Shown here piece after piece: positions 19,619 to 27,720 of a stretch of DNA of 64,000 bases. This DNA comes from a virus: the IMG/VR virus record IMGVR_UViG_3300025770_000656; one strand, written 5' to 3'. The notes beneath the pieces are model-generated. The model worked only from the letters and a program-made list of their open reading frames with translations. It was not told the DNA's origin and ran no database searches. Position 1 is the stretch's first letter, and each line of letters starts with the position of its first letter. A program made the position numbers and the translations under genes.

Positions 19619-20302
19619 CTACAAGGTACACAAATAATACGGACGTTCTAATGTCTGTCCTGGTATTTTCTTTACACTACTAAAATTTTTATTAACCGAT
19701 TCTACAAACAGTTTTTCTGTGTAGTCAGTATCTATTGTCCATTTATGGCCTTTTTTGTCACGTTCTGTTGGAAACTCAAAGAGTACGTGCTTGTTACTCT
19801 TGCTAGCAAAGTCACCAACTAGTTTATCCATGTCGCGATATTGTTCAGTACGATCATAGAGATGATGTATAACATTAAACACTGTTAACAAATCATATGT
19901 GTCACTACACGTAACCCAGCCCTCTAAATTGCTATGGGTAAAACTAGAATCTCTTAGCAAGTCATGATGTCTAGCTTTAATACTCTGACAAACGCCAATG
20001 TATTCCATGTTGTAGTCTACTCCCATGCTAGGGATACGTGCTATTGAACTTAAAAATACGTAATATCCCAGGTTACAGCCAAAGTCAGCGTAAGTCTTGG
20101 GTCGGATATCGTTAATAATTTCTTTAAAGAATTCGCTTTTAACTTTTGTATCAGTCCATGGCCGTGACTTTGTAGGATTGCTGGATGCTGAAATAGCGTT
20201 ATCAGATACCATATAATTCTGATAGCCACGCACGATTGTTATGTCACTTTCATGCCCGCCATAGTCAATACTTTCTATGTCTGCACGTTCTAATGTCTGC
20301 AT
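19619..20302 (-). CDS. Class I SAM-dependent methyltransferase
   Basis: ADFGCNLGYY, MGVDYN, YDLLTVFNVIHHL, VLFEFP. Confidence 0.8.
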   Translation of the reverse strand: MQTLERADIESIDYGGHESDITIVRGYQNYMVSDNAISASSNPTKSRPWTDTKVKSEFFKEIINDIRPKTYADFGCNLGYYVFLSSIARIPSMGVDYNMEYIGVCQSIKARHHDLLRDSSFTHSNLEGWVTCSDTYDLLTVFNVIHHLYDRTEQYRDMDKLVGDFASKSNKHVLFEFPTERDKKGHKWTIDTDYTEKLFVESVNKNFSSVKKIPGQTLERPYYLCTL

Positions 20303-20314
20303 GCTGTATTTACC

Positions 20315-20449
20315 TTAGCTATGGCAATAGATAAAAATACCAAGAAGTACTGCTAAAATTATAATAACCCATCCAATAAAACTTAATACGCTAGGAAAAA
20401 ACTGAGCTAAGAGTATAATAACTATAACAAGCAGTAAAAAATGCAACAT
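20315..20449 (-). CDS. Small membrane protein (44 aa)
   Basis: Manually translated MLHFLLLVIVIILLAQFFPSVLSFIGWVIIILAVLLGIFIYCHS; TAATG coupling to upstream gene. Confidence 0.6.
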   Translation of the reverse strand: MLHFLLLVIVIILLAQFFPSVLSFIGWVIIILAVLLGIFIYCHS

Positions 20450-20625
20450 TAATTTAGCCTTCCAAAATACCTATTCAAAGCGGCTATAACACCTGACCAA
20501 TAGTTTTTACCCCATTCACCAGTGCAATTATCATATGCTTGACGAGCATTAGTTACCAGCCTAAAGTACTGCTCTTCATTAAGTGAATCTACATTTCCAG
20601 TTTGGGATCTTACTACGTGTTTCAT
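20449..20625 (-). CDS. Hypothetical protein (58 aa)
   Basis: MKHVVRSQ...WGKNYWSGVIAALNRYFGRLN; internal start of listed ORF 20449..20841. Confidence 0.55.
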   Translation of the reverse strand: MKHVVRSQTGNVDSLNEEQYFRLVTNARQAYDNCTGEWGKNYWSGVIAALNRYFGRLN

Positions 20626-20632
20626 TTTATGC

Positions 20633-20890
20633 TTACTTTGGATCAGTATCTTCAGTAAGTGTTCCGCACTTAGTAGTGGCAGCCATTGCTGCCATTGCAT
20701 TAAGCATAGCAGCAAACATCTGCTCGCCTTTACGATCTTTAGGCTTTTTATACCGATAAACGCAACTAGCAGACACGCCATCCTGTGATTGTACTGCATC
20801 TCTTGCAAACATACAACTGTCCATGTTTTTAAACTGAGCACTTCCTACCATTGTGCTACCTACCAGGGTAACCATAACTACAGTATTCAT
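20633..20890 (-). CDS. Hypothetical protein
   Basis: 85 aa ORF with GAGGAG SD. Confidence 0.6.
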   Translation of the reverse strand: MNTVVMVTLVGSTMVGSAQFKNMDSCMFARDAVQSQDGVSASCVYRYKKPKDRKGEQMFAAMLNAMAAMAATTKCGTLTEDTDPK

Positions 20891-20905
20891 GAGATCTCCT
20901 CTTTA

Positions 20906-20980
20906 ATAACTTTTCCTTTTTCACTCATTACGTGGTGTATCTCTCACCAGTAAACATGTTAACCATGTCTACACCAGGGC
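20906..20980. repeat. 75-bp direct repeat, copy 1
   Basis: ATAACTTTTCC...ACACCAGGGC; one mismatch to 21473-21547. Confidence 0.95.
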
Positions 20981-21068
20981 CCAAAGGAAAGTCTTGAGCA
21001 CTTGTCGAAGTTTGACACCCTGTCATCATCGTTAATGCTACAGCAGCGATTGCAAGTGACTTTTTCAT
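20928..21068 (-). CDS. Small lipoprotein-signal ORF (46 aa), probably chimeric
   Basis: MKKSLAIAAVALTMMTG-C lipobox-like start, then GPGVDMVNMFTGERYTT encoded by repeat copy 1; AGGAG SD. Confidence 0.55.
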   Translation of the reverse strand: MKKSLAIAAVALTMMTGCQTSTSAQDFPLGPGVDMVNMFTGERYTT

Positions 21069-21247
21069 TAGAATTCTCCTAACTGTGTTTCGAGATATTT
21101 ACGGGCATAGTCACCCGCCATGGTTGACCGAAAAAACTTATCAGCATCTGCGGCTACCTCATCAACGGTGAACTCTGAGTCACCACCATAGAAGTATCCA
21201 TCACAGAACTCTTCGATATCCATCATGTAATTTTTCATCTTACTCAT
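21068..21247 (-). CDS. Hypothetical acidic protein (59 aa)
   Basis: Manually translated MSKMKNYMMDIEEFCDGYFY...ETQLGEF; ATGA and TAATG overlaps with neighbours. Confidence 0.6.
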   Translation of the reverse strand: MSKMKNYMMDIEEFCDGYFYGGDSEFTVDEVAADADKFFRSTMAGDYARKYLETQLGEF

Positions 21248-21495
21248 AACAACAACCCCAAAACTTTCTGGGCCGCAAGACCCTTCTTTTCAGCCAGATC
21301 AAATGCGCCCTTATCGGCCTTGAAAATAGCTTCGCCACCCTGGCCGTAATATTCTTCATCATCAATACTACCATACCGTTCAACATAGGCAGCCAAGTTG
21401 CCACCGTGGTTCGCAAACCACCGCCGCTGGCTATCCCGCTCTTTAATCCAAAATCTTGCGTTCTTTTTATTCATAACTTTTCCTTTTTCACTCAT
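21244..21495 (-). CDS. Hypothetical early protein
   Basis: 83 aa ORF; alternative start at 21474. Confidence 0.6.
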   Translation of the reverse strand: MSEKGKVMNKKNARFWIKERDSQRRWFANHGGNLAAYVERYGSIDDEEYYGQGGEAIFKADKGAFDLAEKKGLAAQKVLGLLL

Positions 21496-21547
21496 TACGT
21501 GGTGTATCTCTCACCAGTAAACACGTTAACCATGTCTACACCAGGGC
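21473..21547. repeat. 75-bp direct repeat, copy 2
   Basis: 567 bp from copy 1, 74/75 identical. Confidence 0.95.
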
Positions 21548-21855
21548 TTCCTAGGAAACGAGTCCATTGCGGCTCTAGCTTCAAAACGCTCTTCAGCAAT
21601 TTGCTCTGGAGTACGTTCTGCCTGAGCCTGCATATAAACTTCCATGCTCTGTTTTACGCTGATTGAACGAGCAACTTCTGTAGCTTCTACATGTTGCTCA
21701 GTAACCAAACCAGCTTCTAGCAATTCTTTCATGGCATCCGCCATCAAAGGACGGTGCTCATATCCACCATCAAAGCCTTCTTCAAACTCCCAACCACAAA
21801 CAAAATCTTTAATAACAACTTCACCTGCTGTAAATTTGTCTGTCATGTAGCTCAT
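21526..21855 (-). CDS. Early protein, C-terminus apparently frameshifted by a 16-nt insertion
   Basis: Removing 21548-21563 joins ...ERFEARAAM to GPGVDMVNVFTGERYTT with a stop at 21495-21497 coupled to the next gene. Confidence 0.6.
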   Translation of the reverse strand: MSYMTDKFTAGEVVIKDFVCGWEFEEGFDGGYEHRPLMADAMKELLEAGLVTEQHVEATEVARSISVKQSMEVYMQAQAERTPEQIAEERFEARAAMDSFPRKPWCRHG

Positions 21856-21887
21856 TTGTTGGTCTCTTGTGTTGTTTAACTATACAT

Positions 21888-21915
21888 ATAATAACACAGA
21901 TCTAAGTCTGGTCAA
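21888..21915 (-). promoter_or_regulatory. Host sigma70-type early promoter
   Basis: GG-TTGACC-N16-TATTAT on the minus strand. Confidence 0.75.
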
Positions 21916-21921
21916 CCAATT

Positions 21922-22044
21922 CTAAGAAAAAATATACCAACAAATTGCAGAAACAGCAATTATGTCAGCACAAATACTCCATACAATGTATGCTTTAAAT
22001 GCCCATGGAGCCATGGACTTTAGTAGGTTCTGGGTCTTCAGCAT
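21922..22044 (-). CDS. Small membrane protein (40 aa)
   Basis: MLKTQNLLKSMAPWAFKAYIVWSICADIIAVSAICWYIFS; GAGGG SD; minus-strand GATAAATA at 22101-22108. Confidence 0.5.
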   Translation of the reverse strand: MLKTQNLLKSMAPWAFKAYIVWSICADIIAVSAICWYIFS

Positions 22045-22116
22045 CGCAAGATCCCTCTAAAGTTTGTAAAAAAATCATAATTTATGCCTTTTTTTGTTGA
22101 TATTTATCCTTTCTGG

Positions 22117-22144
22117 TTGACCATAGATAAATTTGTGCTATTAT
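22117..22144 (+). promoter_or_regulatory. Host sigma70-type early promoter
   Basis: GG-TTGACC-N16(TGC)-TATTAT. Confidence 0.75.
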
Positions 22145-22172
22145 AAGTTATAGTTAGAAAACAACGGAGCAG

Positions 22173-22463
22173 ATGATGTCCAATTTGAACAAAGCACTTG
22201 AAGCCATTGCAATCCTCGATAACGACGAGCTGAACGACGTAGCCGAGGCTTTTAAGTTACGCCGTAACTTTTTGAACACCAAAGCCGCCCGTAGTTTTGT
22301 TGTTGGTGATCGGGTTGAGTTTACTGGCAAGCGTGGCAACAAGGTAGTTGGCGAAATTAAGAAGGTCAACCGCAAGAACCTAGTTGTTGAGGATCTTAAC
22401 TCTGCAACATCATGGCGTGTACCGGCTAATATGGTCAAACCTGCTTTAGGTCTTGGCCTTTAA
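22173..22463 (+). CDS. Small early protein, possibly SH3-like
   Basis: FVVGDRVEF...VGEIKKVNRKNLVV...WRVPANMV. Confidence 0.65.
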   Translation: MMSNLNKALEAIAILDNDELNDVAEAFKLRRNFLNTKAARSFVVGDRVEFTGKRGNKVVGEIKKVNRKNLVVEDLNSATSWRVPANMVKPALGLGL

Positions 22464-22471
22464 GTTTTCGG

Positions 22472-22499
22472 TTGACATAATGGCATAATCTGCTATTAT
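22472..22499 (+). promoter_or_regulatory. Host sigma70-type early promoter
   Basis: GG-TTGACA-N16(TGC)-TATTAT. Confidence 0.8.
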
Positions 22500-22539
22500 G
22501 TATGAGTAAGTTAAATTAATGCTTGGAGGAGCAAACAAG

Positions 22540-23592
22540 ATGGATTACGTTCTTATTAAGTCAGGTACATACCAGAAGTTGCAAGTTACTGACAAGGTAT
22601 TCCCTGTAATTAAGCAATTCAAGACTGGTGCCCGTGGATCTTACATCACTGTAGATGGTACTATCCTTGGTAGCGACTATGCTCGCCCAGTTCGTATTAA
22701 ATGCACAAAAGCAGACATTGTAGATGTTGAGCAAGATGCATATGATCGTCAACTTTCCGCACTAGCAGTTAATACAGATATTAAGACTGCTAGCGATTTA
22801 GATAGCTTTACTCCAGAACAAGATGAAAAGCGGATGCAAGAGATTGAAGACCGTTTTGAAATCTTAAATGAAATGACTGGCGCTCTTAAGAGTGGCGATA
22901 TCCGTGCAATGATTGTAACGGGCCCTCCAGGTGTTGGCAAGAGTTACGGTGTTACACAGACTCTTGAAGAGCAGAGCATCTTTGAAGATGTTGCTAGCCG
23001 CAACCGCAAGTTTGAGGTTGTTAAAGGTGCAATGACTGCACTGGGCTTGTATGCTAAATTGCATGAGTTTAGCGAAAAAGGCAACGTACTAGTATTTGAC
23101 GATTGCGATAGTGTGCTGATGGACGATCTAGCCCTTAACATTCTTAAAGCCGCATTGGATTCAGGTAAGAAGCGTAAGATCTTCTGGAACGCAGATTCAG
23201 CTAAGTTACGTGCTGAAGGCATTCCTAATAGCTTTGAGTTTAAAGGTACTGCATGCTTTATCACTAACATCAAGTTTGAAAACGTAAAAAGCCGCCGTTT
23301 GCAGGACCACTTAGAAGCTCTGCAATCACGTTGCCATTACCTGGATCTTACACTGGATACGATGCGTGACAAGTATCTTCGCATCAAACAGATTGCACGT
23401 ACTGGTAAATTGTTTGGTTCTGATTACGGATTTACTCCAGAGCAAGAGCAAGAAGTCCTGGACTTCATGTTTGAGAACCGTAACAAGTTGCGTGAAATGA
23501 GCTTGCGTATGGCCCTTAAAGTTGCAGATCTCAAGAAGATCTCAGATAAGTGGCGTGTACTTGCAGAGTCAACTTGCATGAAACGAGCATAG
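22540..23592 (+). CDS. P-loop (AAA+-like) ATPase
   Basis: Walker A TGPPGVGKS, Walker B VLVFDDCD, ITN, ALQSR; strong GGAGG SD at 22525. Confidence 0.8.
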   Translation: MDYVLIKSGTYQKLQVTDKVFPVIKQFKTGARGSYITVDGTILGSDYARPVRIKCTKADIVDVEQDAYDRQLSALAVNTDIKTASDLDSFTPEQDEKRMQEIEDRFEILNEMTGALKSGDIRAMIVTGPPGVGKSYGVTQTLEEQSIFEDVASRNRKFEVVKGAMTALGLYAKLHEFSEKGNVLVFDDCDSVLMDDLALNILKAALDSGKKRKIFWNADSAKLRAEGIPNSFEFKGTACFITNIKFENVKSRRLQDHLEALQSRCHYLDLTLDTMRDKYLRIKQIARTGKLFGSDYGFTPEQEQEVLDFMFENRNKLREMSLRMALKVADLKKISDKWRVLAESTCMKRA

Positions 23593-23601
23593 AGATCGTT
23601 A

Positions 23602-23639
23602 GCTGTACCACTTGCTCCTCCTCTCCTCCAAGGTACAGC
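23602..23639 (+). ncRNA. Hairpin with pyrimidine-rich anti-Shine-Dalgarno loop (candidate regulatory RNA element)
   Basis: Stem GCTGTACC/GGTACAGC; loop ACTTGCTCCTCCTCTCCTCCAA. Confidence 0.45.
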
Positions 23640-23647
23640 CAAACGCA

Positions 23648-23677
23648 GGCGGTGTGTTTAGAAATAGACACACCGCC
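23648..23677. terminator. 13-bp GAAA-tetraloop hairpin, probable terminator or processing stem
   Basis: GGCGGTGTGTTTA-GAAA-TAGACACACCGCC; no clear U-tract on + strand. Confidence 0.55.
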
Positions 23678-23691
23678 GTCCTTATGTTAGA

Positions 23692-24339
23692 ATGGATGTA
23701 ATGAAAAAAGTAGCTCTAGGCGATAGTTTTACATACGGAGAGGAATTAGCTGATAGGAATAACGCATATCCGGCATTGCTTGGATATGAAAACTGGGGAT
23801 TAAAAGGTGCCAGTAATGAATATATTTTTCGTAAGGCTGTTGAACTAGCACCAAAAGCGGATCATATGATAATAGCCTGGAGTGACAGCGGGCGTTATGA
23901 GCTATATACTAATAAAAAAATAAATATATCTAATAGATATATTCAACATAACGGCATAGTACAAGTTAATCCAGGATGGACTCAGCTGAGTCCATGGTTT
24001 AAAGAATTGTACGGCAATTATAGTGATCAAGAACACCAATTCTTAAAAACAATATCATACATGGTTGCAATTCAAGACGTACTAGTGATTAATAATGTAG
24101 ATTATCTACAAACATCTAGCTTTGGTAACCAAGATTTATTTGTAAAGTACCAGGACAGTGATTTAATTAAGCCCTGGATTGCTAGGCTAGATAAGACTAA
24201 GTTCATAGACTATCCCCATGGATTAGTAGAATGGGCCTATGATACTCCGCAAGGGCCTAATGGACACCCGTTGGAACTAGGACATAAGAGGATAGCAGAA
24301 AACATTGTTAGATATATCAATGATTTACACAGTAGGTGA
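23692..24339 (+). CDS. SGNH/GDSL-like protein
   Basis: LGDSFTYG, NWGLKGASNE, GHPLELGH. Confidence 0.6.
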   Translation: MDVMKKVALGDSFTYGEELADRNNAYPALLGYENWGLKGASNEYIFRKAVELAPKADHMIIAWSDSGRYELYTNKKINISNRYIQHNGIVQVNPGWTQLSPWFKELYGNYSDQEHQFLKTISYMVAIQDVLVINNVDYLQTSSFGNQDLFVKYQDSDLIKPWIARLDKTKFIDYPHGLVEWAYDTPQGPNGHPLELGHKRIAENIVRYINDLHSR

Positions 24340-24949
24340 TAGTTTTACATACGGACAAGAATTATCCGATCCCGCAACACAAGCATGGCCCAAGTTAGTT
24401 GCTGATCGTCTTGGTTACCATTTAATTAATGATGGTACACCTGGAGTTAGCAATGAGTTTATGGTTAAGAAAACTATGCAAGCAGTTGCAAAGCACAAGC
24501 CTAAACTAGTAATAGTTGCTTGGACAAGTTGCGCTCGCGCAGAGTTTGCAGACGAATGGGGGGTATACGATGTATGGCCCGGATGTAGTGATCGTGTATT
24601 TGATGAAGATCCTAAACTAAAATACAGACACGATTTAATTAAATATATTACTAGGTACAATAATGATGTACACGAGTATCGTCGCTGGCTAAGACAAGTT
24701 ATCCTACTACAAAGTTTCTTGCAAAATCACAGCATAGAGTATATAATGTGTAATACGTTCGACAATCAAGAACGTTACAACTCTAATGAAGAATATATAA
24801 AACTTGTTGATACAACAAAATTTGTTGGTTGGCCTAATTATGGATTTGTTGAATGGGCATATAATACACCGCATGGACCTGGCGGACATCCACTAGAACA
24901 AGGTCATAAACAAATAGCGGAAAAGATATATGAAACCTTGTTGAAATAA
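24320..24949 (+). CDS. SGNH/GDSL-like protein (tandem paralog)
   Basis: VGDSFTYG, NDGTPGVSNE, GHPLEQGH; similar C-terminus to 23692. Confidence 0.6.
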   Translation: MIYTVGDSFTYGQELSDPATQAWPKLVADRLGYHLINDGTPGVSNEFMVKKTMQAVAKHKPKLVIVAWTSCARAEFADEWGVYDVWPGCSDRVFDEDPKLKYRHDLIKYITRYNNDVHEYRRWLRQVILLQSFLQNHSIEYIMCNTFDNQERYNSNEEYIKLVDTTKFVGWPNYGFVEWAYNTPHGPGGHPLEQGHKQIAEKIYETLLK

Positions 24950-24953
24950 CTCA

Positions 24954-24994
24954 TCAATTTATACATTAAAACGATAAATAAATGTATAAATTGA
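24954..24994 (+). promoter_or_regulatory. 14-bp inverted repeat enclosing a late promoter upstream of the homing endonuclease
   Basis: TCAATTTATACATT / AATGTATAAATTGA with GATAAATA (24973-24980) in the spacer, adjacent to the GAAAGG SD. Confidence 0.7.
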
Positions 24995-25006
24995 AAGGTT
25001 AGATTT

Positions 25007-25729
25007 ATGAGTATAATCTATAAAATTACAAACAAATTAAACGGTAAAATATATGTTGGAAAAAGTAAGTATAGCATGGATGATTATTTTGGATCAGGGA
25101 TTATTATAACGCATGCAATTAAAAAATATGGAATAGAAAACTTTACTAAAGAAATAATTGTTGAATGCGATGATGCTGAAATTGATGAGCTAGAAGGATA
25201 TTGGATAGAACAATTAAACGCACGTGACAAATCAGTGGGTTACAATATATCCAGCGGCGGACAGGGCGGAGACCACTATTGGAAAGTTATGTCCGATGAA
25301 GAAAGAGAGCAGCACCGAGAGAAAATCCGAAAAAGTATTAAGGGAAGAAAACGAGCACCGCATAGCGAAGAAACAAAAAGAAAAATGTCAGCGAGCTTTG
25401 GCCGCGTTGTGGCCGACGATCCGGAATTTATTGCTCGACGAGCAGCAAAGAAGAGAAAGCACTATATTATAATTGATCATGAGAATAAAGTAGTATACGA
25501 AACGGATAATATTGTGGAATTTTGCCAAGACAACGATGTACCGTCGCATGCTCGGTTACAACATAATGAGAGAAATAAGAAAACATACGTTGATGGTAGG
25601 TGGTCATGTAGATTAAAAGAGGAATATGTTATGGATAACGTAATCAGCTTTGTCGATAATGAGGTAGTTAATAACACAATAGAATATAAGATGAGACAAA
25701 CAGCAAATAGAAAAAAGGGAAATAAATGA
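25007..25729 (+). mobile_element. Free-standing GIY-YIG homing endonuclease (Seg-like, NUMOD3-type repeats)
   Basis: IYKITNKLNGKIYVGKS, YFGSG, ELEGYWI, GYNISSGGQGG, HSEETKRKMS. Confidence 0.85.
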
Positions 25730-27183
25730 AGCCGTGCGTTATTCATGTCAACGATGAAGTTAACTGTAAGTTAGAAGGCTTAGATTTGGATACCAGGCGT
25801 AAGCTGAGTAATAAGTTTAAGTATGATGTGCCAGGTGCTCGCTATATGCCAGCGGTAAGGCTAGGACGTTGGGACGGCAAGGTTGCTTTTTTCCAAATGG
25901 GAGGCAGTACTTACATTAACTTGTTACCAGAAATTCTTACTGTATTGCAGAGTGACGGATATGATGTTACGTTAAACGACTTACGTGATTATCAGATAGA
26001 CCTGAATTTAGAGCCTGTAACAGCAGATAGTTATGCTGAGTTTTCATGGCCTGACAAGCATCCAGCCGCAGGGCAACCTATTATGTTGCGTGACTATCAG
26101 GTAGATGTTATTAATAATTTCCTAACAAATCCGCAGAGCTTACAAGAAGTAGCAACTGGTGCTGGTAAGACACTTATTACAGCCGTGCTAAGTCACAGAT
26201 GCGAAGCACATGGCAGAACAGTTATTATTGTTCCTAACAAGAGCCTGGTAACGCAAACCCAAGAAGACTACATTAACATGGGATTAGATGTTGGCGTATA
26301 TTATGGTGACCGCAAGGAGTTTGGCAAAACACACACCATTTGTACCTGGCAGAGTTTAAACATACTGTTAAAAAATACCAAGAATCAGAGAGCAGAGATT
26401 ACTATTGGAGACTTCCTAGAAGACGTAGTTTGCATTATGGTAGACGAAGTACACATGGCAAAAGCAGATGCACTCAAGACATTGCTAACAGGAGTAATGA
26501 GTCATATACCTGTACGCTGGGGATTAACTGGAACAATACCCAAGGAAGATTTCGAAAAGCAAAGTTTGTTTTGTAGCATTGGGCCAGTAACCGGCAGCAT
26601 TAGTGCTAAAGAGTTGCAAGACAAAGGAGTTCTTGCAAATTGCGAAGTGAATGTGTTACAATTAATAGATGTAAAAGAGTATACAAACTATCAGAGTGAA
26701 CTTAAATACTTGTTGGAAGCCACTGATAGATTAGATTACATTGGTGGTGTAATAGATAATATTAAAGATACTGGTAATACGCTGGTATTGGTGGACAGAA
26801 TAAATGCAGGAAAAGAATTACAGAAAAGGATTCCGTCTTCCGTTTTTGTTAGCGGTGGAACAAAGGCACAGGAGCGTAAGGATCATTATGATGAGGTGGC
26901 TGACGCAACTGGTAAAGTTATTATTGCTACTTATGGTGTTGCCAGTGTTGGTATTAATATACCCCGTATTTTTAATTTGGTATTGTTGGAACCCGGCAAG
27001 AGCTTCGTCCGTGTTATCCAAAGTATCGGAAGAGGAATTAGAAAAGCAGAAGACAAGGACTTTGTCCAGATATGGGATGTTACATCGACGTGTAGGTTCG
27101 CGAAGAGGCACCTTACCAAAAGGAAAGCGTTCTATAAAGAGGCAAACTACCCCTTTACGGTTCAAAAAGTAGACTGGACTTAA
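25726..27183 (+). CDS. uvsW: UvsW-like SF2 DNA helicase
   Basis: LRDYQ, ATGAGKT, DEVH, GLTGT, ATYGVASVGINIP, QSIGRGIR. Confidence 0.85.
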   Translation: MKPCVIHVNDEVNCKLEGLDLDTRRKLSNKFKYDVPGARYMPAVRLGRWDGKVAFFQMGGSTYINLLPEILTVLQSDGYDVTLNDLRDYQIDLNLEPVTADSYAEFSWPDKHPAAGQPIMLRDYQVDVINNFLTNPQSLQEVATGAGKTLITAVLSHRCEAHGRTVIIVPNKSLVTQTQEDYINMGLDVGVYYGDRKEFGKTHTICTWQSLNILLKNTKNQRAEITIGDFLEDVVCIMVDEVHMAKADALKTLLTGVMSHIPVRWGLTGTIPKEDFEKQSLFCSIGPVTGSISAKELQDKGVLANCEVNVLQLIDVKEYTNYQSELKYLLEATDRLDYIGGVIDNIKDTGNTLVLVDRINAGKELQKRIPSSVFVSGGTKAQERKDHYDEVADATGKVIIATYGVASVGINIPRIFNLVLLEPGKSFVRVIQSIGRGIRKAEDKDFVQIWDVTSTCRFAKRHLTKRKAFYKEANYPFTVQKVDWT

Positions 27184-27217
27184 TTAATAAACTTATGAAT
27201 ATAACAAGGATACCTTA

Positions 27218-27718
27218 ATGCGAATTTTAACACTAGAAGATAAAGCCTACGAAATGAACGAAATACCTGACGAGGTAGAGGATCTTCTATTTGCTATCCT
27301 AGACAACAGTGATCCGCAAAATCCAGATTACTTTTTCAGACCTCTTATATTTTTGGAAAGTTTCAATGCTCCAGCTCTGGTATTGGATATTGCTGGCAAC
27401 AGAATTAAGATGCCAGTTGATTGGAAAATCCTTATAGGGGAACCAGATCATGGCGATTTAGAAATGACAAATTTAAGTAGTTTAAACGATCGTGGATTCA
27501 AGGCTTTTAGTTTTAATCCTATTAGCGGCTTTATTGCTGACTACTTGCCCATAGACATTGTAGATTTGTACACAGATGTAAAATGGTTCTTTCCTAAACT
27601 TAAACAAGGACAAATATTAGCTATCCCTATTCAAGTTGGAGACAAGCCTAAATGTGTTTATTGTGCTAAAGAAATAAACAAGCAAAATGAAGTTGTAGAT
27701 ATTACCAAGGCATTTTAA
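27218..27718 (+). CDS. Conserved phage protein, possibly a degenerate Hint fold
   Basis: 166 aa beta-rich; LVLDIAGNRIKMPVDWKILI resembles intein block B without the His. Confidence 0.4.
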   Translation: MRILTLEDKAYEMNEIPDEVEDLLFAILDNSDPQNPDYFFRPLIFLESFNAPALVLDIAGNRIKMPVDWKILIGEPDHGDLEMTNLSSLNDRGFKAFSFNPISGFIADYLPIDIVDLYTDVKWFFPKLKQGQILAIPIQVGDKPKCVYCAKEINKQNEVVDITKAF

Positions 27719-27720
27719 AC

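Noticed and set aside
20390-20402. Suspected homopolymer frameshift in the small membrane gene
   Set aside because: Recount gives six A residues, which keeps the 44-aa frame intact
20906-21547. Direct repeats as a mini-CRISPR array
   Set aside because: Only two 75-bp copies with about 490 bp of coding sequence between them; the geometry is not repeat-spacer and no cas genes are present
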